A DNA stretch of 63,530 bases, the filler included, from Octopus bimaculoides (lineage: Eukaryota), in assembly GCF_001194135.2 (NCBI RefSeq). It is 7 parts of 7 records of this genome, joined end to end, with 100 filler letters (N's around TTAATTAATTAA, not from the genome) between each part and the next. Parts side by side here need not be neighbours in the genome. Positions count along the whole stretch, not along the records: positions 20,192 to 44,616 come from NC_068982.1; 6 more parts are not named here. One strand, written 5' to 3'. Made by a program: the position numbers and the translations under genes. Positions 26,441-38,109 of the stretch are shown one piece after another. The stretch's first letter is position 1. Every line of letters begins with the position of its first letter. A model generated the notes under the pieces. The model saw only the letters and a program-made list of their open reading frames with translations, did no database searches and was not told the origin of the DNA.

Positions 26441-27374
26441 AGTATTCGCCAATAACCCCTTCAGCTATACAAAACGTACAGTTCACTCACTACAAGCAAA
26501 ATACGTAACAGGCAGAGTTGTTACCTAGCTCAGTACCTCTTCTCATTCAACAAACATTTCTACAAATACAAGTTCTATAAATGATCCAAAGGGAATTATA
26601 TAAGAGGGCCCTGTATAACGAAAATATTTTCGCAACACAACAATAGAAACTTATGACACAATACAAAACAGAACAAATCAAAGAAGAGATAAATTCAGTA
26701 ACTGAAGCATTGAGTTGTATTTTTAGATAATCAATATGTAAGTGACAACATAGTGTTTCAAGTTATTACAGTTAAAAATAATAAAACGGTTGAAGGTGTC
26801 TAACTCTGGCCAAAAAGAAAACTCATTTAAGAATATCTATTTCAAACACCATCGCAAAAAATATACATAAAATGGTATTTCACCTTGAAAATACATTTAG
26901 AAAAAAAAGACAGACAAGGTGAGTTTATTGATATCACATGGTCTATCTTGGATGCAGCTACTCTATTGAGTAATGTTTTAAAATGATACAGTTTACATTC
27001 AACTGAAAAATATCATGCCATAAACAATTCCACAGTGATAAAGAATAGAAAAAAACAGAACCAATCATTTGTAAACATAATATGAAAACTTTGGTGCCTC
27101 TTTTTAGCCTTGTTGGACTTAGCCTTGCTTCTCTTTGCTTCTCTCATATGTAGTATGTTCGCGAGTTGGAAGTCCCAAAACTCTTTTTCTTTGTACACCA
27201 ATTAAAGGACACAATGAAAACATTGTATATTTAGAAGTTCTACAAAATTAAACTGTGATTGATTTCAGGATTTGTTTTAATAACTTTGTTTATACTCACG
27301 ACATTTGATAAGATTTTTCTGAAAATATCATTTTTCTCAGAATAGATATATTTCCTTTAACATTCTTTAAACTT

Positions 27375-27401
27375 CCGAGTAACCCCGGGAATTTAGGCTA
27401 G
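27375..27401 (+). mobile_element. Helitron-like 3' terminus
   Basis: Hairpin CCGAG-TAAC-CCCGG, then a 9-nt spacer, CTAG and T. Confidence 0.5.
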
Positions 27402-29225
27402 TATATATATAAAATTGAAGANNNNNNNNNNNNNNNNNNNNNNNNNNNNNNNNNNNNNNNNNNNNNNNNNNNNNNNNNNNNNNNNNNNNNNNNNNNNNNN
27501 NNNNNNNNNNNNNNNNNNNNNNNNNNNNNNNNNNNNNNNNNNNNNNNNNNNNNNNNNNNNNNNNNNNNNNNNNNNNNNNNNNNNNNNNNNNNNNNNNNNN
27601 NNNNNNNNNNNNNNNNNNNNNNNNNNNNNNNNNNNNNNNNNNNNNNNNNNNNNNNNNNNNNNNNNNNNNNNNNNNNNNNNNNNNNNNNNNNNNNNNNNNN
27701 NNNNNNNNNNNNNNNNNNNNNNNNNNNNNNNNNNNNNNNNNNNNNNNNNNNNNNNNNNNNNNNNNNNNNNNNNNNNNNNNNNNNNNNNNNNNNNNNNNNN
27801 NNNNNNNNNNNNNNNNNNNNNNNNNNNNNNNNNNNNNNNNNNNNNNNNNNNNNNNNNNNNNNNNNNNNNNNNNNNNNNNNNNNNNNNNNNNNNNNNNNNN
27901 NNNNNNNNNNNNNNNNNNNNNNNNNNNNNNNNNNNNNNNNNNNNNNNNNNNNNNNNNNNNNNNNNNNNNNNNNNNNNNNNNNNNNNNNNNNNNNNNNNNN
28001 NNNNNNNNNNNNNNNNNNNNNNNNNATACGAGCTTGCACACACTCACATGCTCATACCAAACAGTTTCGAAACAACGCCAAAACAACGCCAGATCATATA
28101 TTCAAAATAAATGGAAGTGGAGAGACAAGTTACTGAAGAGATTACAAGAGTGCAATGAAATAATTTAACAAAAAACTATATAAATTAATAAAGGACTGAA
28201 CCAGTGCGTGTGTTTATTACCGGCATAATGCCTCTCCCAAGGTTTAATTGTATTTCTTTCAACACACGTATCCACATCAAGAATCTTGCACACGAAATAC
28301 ACATACGAAATATATATATATATATATATATCCCTATATAAGTCTGTGCTATTTATAAATATAAATTTGGTATAGCACTTTAAAGAATCAATTAATTAAT
28401 AGCTTATAAAATATCTTATTCTAAATATCTTTAAGTGATGTAAGGCGATATCTACTCATTCATACGCGTCTAAAACGATTTTAAATGGATATGATATTCG
28501 ATATTGCGGAATGTTTTAACAGAAAGAGAACATTTATCACTCCAAGCATATAAACATATAAGGTTAAGAACAAGATGACGAGGGATTGTCTATGCAGTCA
28601 CAATGTGGTCCTAATAAAATAGCAGACAGATCTCCCTCAAATCAAACCGCATCGACTTACCAAAAGGAAGAGCACATTTCGTAATGTAGTCCTAAATACA
28701 CAATATATGGATGATAGCAACAGATTTGATCAAATTTTTCTACATAATCGCTGGATTGTGACTAAACAATTTTCATGTAACTTCTCGAGCTTGTTGATTT
28801 TCATCATTTGTCTTATGTTCTTTCGCAGCATCAGTGAATTATAATGCTATGTTATCACCATAAATACATGATAGGATCCGAATAAGATATGTGCATGCGC
28901 GCATACGCGTCTGCGTGCGTTTTCTTCAGGAATTTTGTTTTCACGAGGAGGTTTTTCCCTCTTTCTCTAAGGCTGTCATTACTTTCAAGACAGTATCTCT
29001 TGATACACCAAACATTTTGACTGTTTTCGTTACGCTGGCGCCTGCTATACAAGCACCAACAATTTGACCTCTTTGAAAGTCCGATAGATCTGTAATTTTA
29101 ATGAATTTTAACTACCTTTTTCTGATGATATCTGAAAAGAAACAGTAATTTTAGCAAAACATATTAAGCAACACTAATGATAAATCAAAAAGCATAAATA
29201 TAAAGCTTTTGACGGTTTTATAGAT

Positions 29226-29384
29226 TATTTACATTATTTACATTTGATGGATATTTGTCCTTATCTTGTTTGTTGTTTAGACAACGTTTCGGCTGATATA
29301 CCCTCCAGCCTTCATCAGGTGTCTTGCGGAAATTTCAAACCTGGGTTCTCATTCCTGAGGTATTTTTCGATGTTATTATTATTA

Positions 29385-29447
<63 letters not shown>

Positions 29448-29614
29448 TCACTGCTTGGAATCGAACTTGGAAACTACGGATTAGTAGCCTGCACTCTTAA
29501 CCACTACGTCATTATGGCGTAGTGGTTAAGAGCGCGGGCTACTAACCCCTAGATGAGGACAAATATCCGACAAATGTAAATAATGTACCTAATTCCTCAT
29601 CTCTTAAATATAGA
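29226..29614 (-). mobile_element. tRNA-headed, hammerhead-bearing SINE (family P1), inverted composite with 14-bp TSD
   Basis: Minus strand: tRNA head 29512-29445, (AAT)n, hammerhead 29325-29276. Plus strand: second head 29514-29550 fused to tail 29551-29616. TSD ACGGTTTTATAGAT at 29212-29225 and 29615-29628. Confidence 0.85.
29276..29325 (-). ncRNA. Minimal hammerhead ribozyme motif (family P1)
   Basis: AAGACAC-CTGATGA-A-GGCTG/CAGCC-GAAAC-GTT; intact core, palindromic ACGT helix III. Confidence 0.65.
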
Positions 29615-30268
29615 ACGGTTTTATAGATATTTCAAAATTATGATGCTATGACGCTAGGCGTTTCCATTATTTTGTCCAACCCCTGTACATACAAAAAATA
29701 CCCTGTTAATGTTGTTGAAACTCCAATGAAGGAGCTTTGGATATAATTTAGAAACCGGCACTTTCTCTATTGGCAAAAAATCTTGAAATAAAACTGAATA
29801 ATGACATACATCCATGCATTTGTGAGCATGTGTGTAAGTATATTGTGCGAAGGTTATATATTTAATGATACTTTAATAAAACAAAAAAAAGCCTTAAACC
29901 ATCTCTACTATTTTATTCTGGTCTCGGATATAGATTGTACATTATCCGAATGTATATAATACCAAAAGAAAATCGGAGGAGAATTAATGTTCGATATTCG
30001 ATTGGAATTTGGATATACAGGGATTGTTATATGAAGTTCTAAGCAATGTTTCATTGTTATATTATCTCATTGGAAATAGCAATTCTTCAAAACACACACA
30101 CGCACATACAGCAGCCGATATAACGGTTGGTTGGTTAGTTGGTTGGTTGGTTGGTTGGTTGGGGTTTTTTTCTGGTCACACTTTATATCATATAGAAAGA
30201 GGGTGTAGAATCAGTAAAAGAGAGATACAGAGATAGTTAACAAAAGAGGTACAGGAGGAGTGAATATA

Positions 30269-30483
30269 CGAGTGAATGCTGAAAGGTTCCTGGGTTTAAG
30301 GGTGTAGCGAAAGGCCTGGCTGGAGGCTCAAACTTCCGAGTTCTTTTACAGGACTTAGAAAAACTGAAGGACTGCAGCAATAAGTATGTGAATCTGAGAG
30401 GGAAATATGTTGAATAAAATCATAATTAACTGATCCACTTGTATTTTTTTAACCCAAAGCCGGAAACTTTTCAGCATCCCACA
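30269..30483 (+). mobile_element. Mariner-derived MITE (about 215 bp) with a transposase C-terminal remnant
   Basis: TA flanks; imperfect TIRs CGAGTGAATGCTGAAAGGTTCC / GGAAACTTTTCAGCATCCCACA; internal LQDLEKLKDCSNKYVNLRGKYVE* resembles the mariner C-terminus. Confidence 0.75.
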
Positions 30484-30485
30484 TA

Positions 30486-30643
30486 GGCGCAAGAGTGGCT
30501 GTATGGTAAGTAGCTTGCTTACCAACCACATGGTTCCGGGTTCAGTCCCACTGTGAGGCACCTTGGGCAAGTGTCTTCTCGGGCCAACCAATGCCTTGTG
30601 AGTGGATTTGGTAGATGGAAAATGAAAGAAGCCCGTTGTATAT
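30486..30643 (+). mobile_element. SINE family AB, 5' half (tRNA head and CORE-like segment)
   Basis: A-box TGGCTGTATGGTAAG, B-box GGTTCAGTCC, CACCTTGGGCAAGTGTCTTCT; runs into a gap. Confidence 0.85.
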
Positions 30644-31544
30644 NNNNNNNNNNNNNNNNNNNNNNNNNNNNNNNNNNNNNNNNNNNNNNNNNNNNNNNNN
30701 NNNNNNNNNNNNNNNNNNNNNNNNNNNNNNNNNNNNNNNNNNNNNNNNNNNNNNNNNNNNNNNNNNNNNNNNNNNNNNNNNNNNNNNNNNNNNNNNNNNN
30801 NNNNNNNNNNNNNNNNNNNNNNNNNNNNNNNNNNNNNNNNNNNNNNNNNNNNNNNNNNNNNNNNNNNNNNNNNNNNNNNNNNNNNNNNNNNNNNNNNNNN
30901 NNNNNNNNNNNNNNNNNNNNNNNNNNNNNNNNNNNNNNNNNNNNNNNNNNNNNNNNNNNNNNNNNNNNNNNNNNNNNNNNNNNNNNNNNNNNNNNNNNNN
31001 NNNNNNNNNNNNNNNNNNNNNNNNNNNNNNNNNNNNNNNNNNNNNNNNNNNNNNNNNNNNNNNNNNNNNNNNNNNNNNNNNNNNNNNNNNNNNNNNNNNN
31101 NNNNNNNNNNNNNNNNNNNNNNNNNNNNNNNNNNNNNNNNNNNNNNNNNNNNNNNNNNNNNNNNNNNNNNNNNNNNNNNNNNNNNNNNNNNNNNNNNNNN
31201 NNNNNNNNNNNNNNNNNNNNNNNNNNNNNNNNNNNNNNNNNNNNNNNNNNNNNNNNNNNNNNNNNNNNNNNNNNNNNNNNNNNNNNNNNNNNNNNNNNNN
31301 NNNNNNNNNNNNNNNNNNNNNNNNNNNNNNNNNNNNNNNNNNNNNNNNNNNNNNNNNNNNNNNNNNNNNNNNNNNNNNNNNNNNNNNNNNNNNNNNNNNN
31401 NNNNNNNNNNNNNNNNNNNNNNNNNNNNNNNNNNNNNNNNNNNNNNNNNNNNNNNNNNNNNNNNNNNNNNNNNNNNNNNNNNNNNNNNNNNNNNNNNNNN
31501 NNNNNNNNNNNNNNNNNNNNNNNNNNNNNNNNNNNNNNNNNNNN

Positions 31545-31733
31545 GACAAACAAGGACAGACAAAGGAATTAAGTCGATTATACCGACCCCAGTGCGTAAC
31601 TGGTACTTCAGTTATCGACCCCAAAAGGATGAAAGGCAAAATCGACCTCGGCGGAATTTGAACTCAGAACGTAACGTCAGACGAAATACCGTTAAACATT
31701 TCGCCCGGCGTGCTAACGTTTCTGCCAGCTCGC
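31545..31733 (-). mobile_element. SINE family C2
   Basis: Near-identical to 24951-25192. Confidence 0.85.
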
Positions 31734-31917
31734 TGATTTTGATATTAGTCATAATGGCAAAGGTATACCTCCGAAGTTACTCATCATGCGACGGGTAACA
31801 TTCTAGTGTGTATATGTGTTTATGCGTGTGTCTGTGCATGTGAGTGTATGTATGTATGTATGTATGTGTGTATGTATATACTATACACAATCTATATGAT
31901 ATATATATTGATTTCAG

Positions 31918-32122
31918 ATGTTGGCACAAGGCTAGCAATTTCGGGGAAGGATGTAAGATGATTACATCGACCCCGTGCTTAGCTGGTACTTATTTTATTG
32001 ACCCCTAAAGGGATGGAAAGTAAAGTCAACTTCAGCGGAGTTTGAACTCTGAACGCTAAGATGGACGAAATGCCGCTAAGTGTTTTGCCCGGCGTGCTTA
32101 CGATTCTGTCAGCTCGCCACCG
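31918..32122 (-). mobile_element. SINE family C
   Basis: GGCACAAGGC tail, core, B-box and head in reverse complement. Confidence 0.8.
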
Positions 32123-32166
32123 TATCTATATCTGAAATATATTATGCATAAAATATAAATCCACAC

Positions 32167-32500
32167 AGTGGAAGACCATACATGTTTCAACAAGACTCGG
32201 CACCTTTCTGCACAGCCTATATAATCCCGAAATGACTGCAGACATCCTTTACGATCAAGTAATAGCAAACCTCTGATCTCCAAACTCGCCAGATTTAAAT
32301 CTTATGAACTACTACGTTTAGAGCGTTGCTGAATCGAGGACTAAACAACATTCTCACAAATACCAGTGGCTTTATTGAAGGTCGCTACTATTTAGGTGTC
32401 TGAAATGAATAAGTATCATTTGTTATTGGCATGTCAACGATTCTAGACCGTCGTTGGAGTATTCATCGAAGCTGAACACAGATTCATATGAAGAACATGT
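32167..32500 (+). mobile_element. Decayed maT/DD37D-like transposase C-terminal fragment
   Basis: With stops and frameshift: SGRPYMFQQDSAP...*SPNSPDLNLMNYYV*SVAE..CQRF; QQDSAP and SPDLNP.DY motifs. Confidence 0.75.
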
Positions 32501-32607
32501 GCATAAATATTTATTAAAATACGTTTGATATTTGGTAGATTACAATTGATTTCAATATCCGAATATGTCCTCGAATGTCTTTCACACCCTGTGTGTATGT
32601 ATGCGTG

Positions 32608-32650
<43 letters not shown>

Positions 32651-32865
32651 GTTATGAGCGACAGTGGTGTCAATTAGACCCAAAGGTTTCAGGTAATGCT
32701 GAGTAAATGCTATGGATAGACCACAGTTAAGCTCCAGGTTCGGTGATTATGCGAATAAGGGGTCCAACGTAGGTTATATATCAGCGTGTGAATATAAGGA
32801 TTTACTTTTCATTATGAGATTAAAAAAAACCAAGGTTGTGTATAATATAGAACATTTATAAATAG

Positions 32866-32922
32866 AAGGTCTTACAGCTGTTTCCAGGATATTAATTATA
32901 TCCCTTCTTCGGAGACGATGTG
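32866..32922 (-). ncRNA. Minimal hammerhead motif (family P2)
   Basis: GTCT-CCGAAGA-A-GGGATAT/ATATCCT-G-GAAAC-AGCT-GTA-AGAC; helix I GTCT:AGAC intact, U4 changed to C. Confidence 0.55.
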
Positions 32923-33281
32923 AGAAGATGGTTAAACAATAGTTAGTTTAGTTAAGATAGGAAATAGAGAATGAATGTAGGGATATTGTATTTATAAATC
33001 CATTGTTTAGGTAGAATGGTATACATATAAGATTCCAATACCTTGTGAGTAAACTCCAATTGTTTTTAAGATTGGTCATTGCCTTTGTAAATCTATTATT
33101 AAGATTCCAATACCCTATGAGTAAAATCCAACAGTCTTTGAAACTGGTCATTCCAGATACAGAGTTTATACACTTTAAACAGAACGCTTGATTCAATAAC
33201 ACTATGTATAAACTCTATATCTGGAGACCGGTTTACAGCCTTATGGGTAGCAGGAGTATGACTTCGCTTATTCCCCAAAAT

Positions 33282-33540
33282 CTGTGTTTTTCAACCATTT
33301 TTTGCGTATGGACCCCTTTGATTCCTATTTAACTTGGGTGGATCCTCATAGACATTGGCTGTTTAAAAAAAAATCATATTATATTTTTAGAATTAAATAT
33401 TATTAGGAATTGTATAAAAAAATTTGTTAAAATAAATACTTTGCATATTGTAGCAGTATAATTAGTTTATTGTTGATAAATTTTAACAAAATCTTACATG
33501 GACCCACAAGGGCCATATGAACCCCGGTTGGGAAACACTG
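33282..33540. mobile_element. hAT MITE, about 260 bp
   Basis: TIRs CTGTGTTTTTCAACC / GGTTGGGAAACACTG; 8-bp flanks CCCAAAAT / CCCTAAAC (6 of 8 match). Confidence 0.75.
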
Positions 33541-34384
33541 CCCTAAACCTATGCTTATATTGCTTAATGGTTAATCTGGACCGAAGATACACACACACAT
33601 AAAAGAAATCTTGTTTTATTGTTAGATTCATTCACAAATCTATTCCGATTTGTATAGTAAGCTTACTAGCATGGTATGCCCGACAAAAATATCCATAGAG
33701 CGGTTTCTATACAATCTAGGTTCAACTCGAGATTATTGTCATTTGTTATCAAATACACAGCACATACAATCCTAAGAAAGGCTTGAACACCAATGCACTT
33801 CCTTTATTTATTTATCCATTTATTTATTTGTTTATTTATTTATTTATTTACTTATTTCGCTGTCTTTCCCTGAAATCGCAAACTTCGTGTCTGTGAATTA
33901 TTGAGGAGAATGTTATCATTAACCAGACTAATTTGTCCCTGATATTCCACACTAAGACTTTGTTTACGAGTAACAGGATAATAAATACAACAGCCTTTGA
34001 ATTATTCTGAAGTTATTTATCTTGTTTTGTAATATATTCTTATTCTATATAATCGGCCAAATGGCGCAGTTTGAATTAAATTTTTGGTTTCCATTAATAC
34101 TTTTATATATCATTGATATGGATGTCACGTACAATATTTCATCAAATTAGCCGTATTATATTTATAAAACTAGAAAATTTCTTATGCGTTTCGAAATTCA
34201 ATATTAGTTACATAATTTGTCCAAGGAGTCTGCAATCTTAATACAAAGATCAAGAGCATAGGTTTGGTTTCCTCCATAACATACGCACTCACACGCTCAC
34301 ACACACACATTTCTATAAACATATTTGCATACACTTATACACAGAGACAGACAGAGACAGAGACACAGACACACAAATAGATAA

Positions 34385-34445
<61 letters not shown>

Positions 34446-35355
34446 CAGACAGACATACAGACAGACAGACAGACAGACAGAGATACTTATATATACGTAT
34501 ATGCATACATATGACTATANNNNNNNNNNNNNNNNNNNNNNNNNNNNNNNNNNNNNNNNNNNNNNNNNNNNNNNNNNNNNNNNNNNNNNNNNNNNNNNNN
34601 NNNNNNNNNNNNNNNNNNNNNNNNNNNNNNNNNNNNNNNNNNNNNNNNNNNNNNNNNNNNNNNNNNNNNNNNNNNNNNNNNNNNNNNNNNNNNNNNNNNN
34701 NNNNNNNNNNNNNNNNNNNNNNNNNNNNNNNNNNNNNNNNNNNNNNNNNNNNNNNNNNNNNNNNNNNNNNNNNNNNNNNNNNNNNNNNNNNNNNNNNNNN
34801 NNNNNNNNNNNNNNNNNNNNNNNNNNNNNNNNNNNNNNNNNNNNNNNNNNNNNNNNNNNNNNNNNNNNNNNNNNNNNNNNNNNNNNNNNNNNNNNNNNNN
34901 NNNNNNNNNNNNNNNNNNNNNNNNNNNNNNNNNNNNNNNNNNNNNNNNNNNNNNNNNNNNNNNNNNNNNNNNNNNNNNNNNNNNNNNNNNNNNNNNNNNN
35001 NNNNNNNNNNNNNNNNNNNNNNNNNNNNNNNNNNNNNNNNNNNNNNNNNNNNNNNNNNNNNNNNNNNNNNNNNNNNNNNNNNNNNNNNNNNNNNNNNNNN
35101 NNNNNNNNNNNNNNNNNNNNNNNNNNNNNNNNNNNNNNNNNNNNNNNNNNNNNNNNNNNNNNNNNNNNNNNNNNNNNNNNNNNNNNNNNNNNNNNNNNNN
35201 NNNNNNNNNNNNNNNNNNNNNNNNNNNNNNNNNNNNNNNNNNNNNNNNNNNNNNNNNNNNNNNNNNNNNNNNNNNNNNNNNNNNNNNNNNNNNNNNNNNN
35301 NNNNNNNNNNNNNNNNNNNNNNNNNNNNNNNNNNATACATACATACATACATACA

Positions 35356-35391
<36 letters not shown>

Positions 35392-35580
35392 TAGATCGCT
35401 AGCCACTACACATTCTTTTTTTTCTCTCCTTGTTTCTTTTTATGTTCCTTTCTGTGGAAGAGGGTAGGCTCGAAACGTTAAAGACTTTTTCACTTCCCGA
35501 GCGATATACTAATACATCTGTTTGTTGTCCACACCACTTATTTTCGTCTTTTGCATTTTTGTGAATTCTCCCTATATATA
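35392..35580 (+). mobile_element. Short hammerhead-bearing repeat family P3
   Basis: Matches the reverse complement of 44915-45110; motif CTTT-CTGTGGA-A-GAGGGTAGGCTC-GAAAC-GTT-AAAG at 35448-35484; TA-rich flanks. Confidence 0.75.
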
Positions 35581-35631
35581 TATAAAATATAAAGCGAGCA
35601 AGGCATATATATATATGCATTATATATAACG

Positions 35632-36560
35632 TATCTTGACTTGGCTTCGCTGACGAAAATTAAGAAGGCTGTGGTCCACGTCGTCTACACGCTCGTTCAT
35701 AGCCGATAAGGCCGATGTGGGATCGACACATCCGATTGCAATGATGACAGAGCTATGGCTGTCCAGGGTCTGATGATGCAGCTGCATTATTTTTTCGCCT
35801 CTGACGTTTATCTTCAAGAGGGGCACTGCGAGAGATCTCAAAGGAAGAAACACCATCGCTGATGGTACGGCACCAGGCAACACGGTCAACTGTTAAAGTG
35901 GATCACTCACGATAATCAATGTCACAAAGGCTTAGGGACTGCTTCAGGCAGTCCTTGTAACGCTTCTTTGGTGCACCCCTTTGCGGTGGCCAGTGGAGAG
36001 CATACTGTACATGATGATCTTGGGTAGGCGGTGGTCTTTCATTTTGTCAACGTGTCCTGCCCAACATAGTCGTGTCTCAAGTTAAATGGCTTCCAAGCCG
36101 GTGACTTTTGCTCGCTTGAGGATCTCAGTGTTGATGATGCAGTCGCTCCAGTAGATGTTGAGGATGGTATGCAGCGTTGGTGAAAACTTTCAAGGAGCCT
36201 GAGATGACAGTGGTAGGGGACCCAGGACTCTGAGTCATATAGGAGCATCGTGAGGACGACGGCCTTGTAGACTCTGACTTTTCTGCTGATCTTAAGATGC
36301 TTATTATTCCACACATTGCTTGGTTTCCCTTTGCAAGTCTGTTGTCAGTCTTTATCGATAGTCGCATCTGATGAAATGGAGCTGGTTGGTGTAGGACTTC
36401 AGTCTTTTTCAAGCTTACTTACAGCCCGAAGAGCTGGGCGGCCTCTGCAAAGCAGGATGTGATGCGCTGCAGGGCTCTTTCTGTGTATGCGACTAGTACA
36501 GCAGCATCTGCATAGAGAAATTCCTGAATCATTTGCTCTTGAGTGTTGGTGTGGGCCTGT
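35632..36560 (-). mobile_element. 5'-truncated RTE-clade LINE (RT C-terminus to 3' end), decayed
   Basis: QEFLYADAAVLVA (degenerate ADD motif), LKKTEVLHQPAP, KVRVYKAVVLTMLLYDSESW, RLCWAGHV, RGAPKKRYKD, terminal C-x2-C...H-x3-C knuckle. Confidence 0.9.
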
Positions 36561-36839
36561 AGGTACCTACATATATAACGTATATGTATCATATATATAT
36601 ACACATATTTCATATATCCTATACATGATGCATATATGTTCTATATATAATATAAATGATAAATATATTTACTATATACGTATATATATGTGTGTGTGTA
36701 TCATATACATATTATATAATGCATATTATATATATTCTATTTATAACCTTTATATCATACTATATATATACGCACACACACATATATATATACATAAACT
36801 ATCTTGCACATACACTCACATACATACTACATACGCACG

Positions 36840-36906
<67 letters not shown>

Positions 36907-37249
36907 NNNNNNNNNNNNNNNNNNNNNNNNNNNNNNNNNNNNNNNNNNNNNNNNNNNNNNNNNNNNNNNNNNNNNNNNNNNNNNNNNNNNNNNNNNNNNN
37001 NNNNNNNNNNNNNNNNNNNNNNNNNNNNNNNNNNNNNNNNNNNNNNNNNNNNNNNNNNNNNNNNNNNNNNNNNNNNNNNNNNNNNNNNNNNNNNNNNNNN
37101 NNNNNNNNNNNNNNNNNNNNNNNNNNNNNNNNNNNNNNNNNNNNNNNNNNNNNNNNNNNNNNNNNNNNNNNNNNNNNNNNNNNNNNNNNNNNNNNNNNNN
37201 NNNNNNNNNNNNNNNNNNNNNNNNNNNNNNNNNNNNNNNNNNNNNNNNN

Positions 37250-37452
37250 GTGTTTGTCCCCCTAGCATTGCTTGACAACCGATGCTGTTGTGTTTATGTC
37301 CCCGTAACTTAGCGATTCGGCAAAAGAGACCGATAGAATAAGTACTAGGCTTACAAAGAATAAGTCCCGGGGTCGATTTGCTCGACTAAAGGGGGTGCTC
37401 CAGCATGGCCGCAGTCAAATGACTGAAATAAGTAAAAGAGTAAAAGAGTAAG
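37250..37452 (+). mobile_element. SINE family AB, 3' half
   Basis: Same body and tail as 4116-4319; follows a gap. Confidence 0.85.
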
Positions 37453-37624
37453 GTTATATCCAATTTTCATTAATCGCTTGATTTAACAGATATAACAAAA
37501 TGTCGGATCTTAAGATGGAGGCGAAGTGTTTACACACACACACACACACACGCACACACACGCGCACACACACACACACACACATATTATATATACATAT
37601 TCTTTTATATATATATATATATTC

Positions 37625-38021
37625 TTTCTTCTTTTTTATTTGTCTGGGACTGTAGCCATGGTGAGGCACCACCTCCGAGAAATTTTATTCGAACGAATCG
37701 AACTTATTTTTGTATATTTAAGCCAACTACATATTCTATCGGTCCCTTTGCCGAACCGCTAAGTTATGGGGACGTAAACACGCCATCATCGTTCGTCAAG
37801 CGCAGTGGTGGGGAACAAATGCACGCGCACACACGCACACACACACACACATATATATGCACAGGTCGGGCTTATTTTATTGTCTATCAAGCAAGTCTAT
37901 TCACAAGGTTTTAGTCTACCCGAGGCTATTTTAGAAGGTACTTTCCCAAAGCGTCACATAGTGGGACTGAACCCAGAACCCTGTTGTTGGGAAGCAAGCT
38001 TCTTACCACACAGCCACGCCT
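37625..38021 (-). mobile_element. SINE family AB, degenerate, both halves
   Basis: Head reverse complement at 37860-38021, CA repeat, body reverse complement at 37625-37820. Confidence 0.75.
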
Positions 38022-38064
38022 GTATATTCATATGTATATACTTATGTACACTTGTATGTCTGTA

Positions 38065-38109
<45 letters not shown>

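Larger units (their letters stand above)
28918..29685 (-). mobile_element. Tc1-family transposon 5' part (TIR and transposase N-terminus), interrupted by a SINE composite
   Basis: TIR TA-CAGGGGTTGGACAAAATAATGGAAAC (29660-29687); peptide TDLSDFQRGQIVGACIAGASVTKTVKMFGVSRDTVLKVMTALEKEGKTSS at 29096-28918, start codon mutated. Confidence 0.9.

Noticed and set aside
27013-27201. 62-aa minus-strand ORF (KEFWDFQLANILHMREAK…)
   Set aside because: No recognisable motif or convincing splice sites; short enough to occur by chance.
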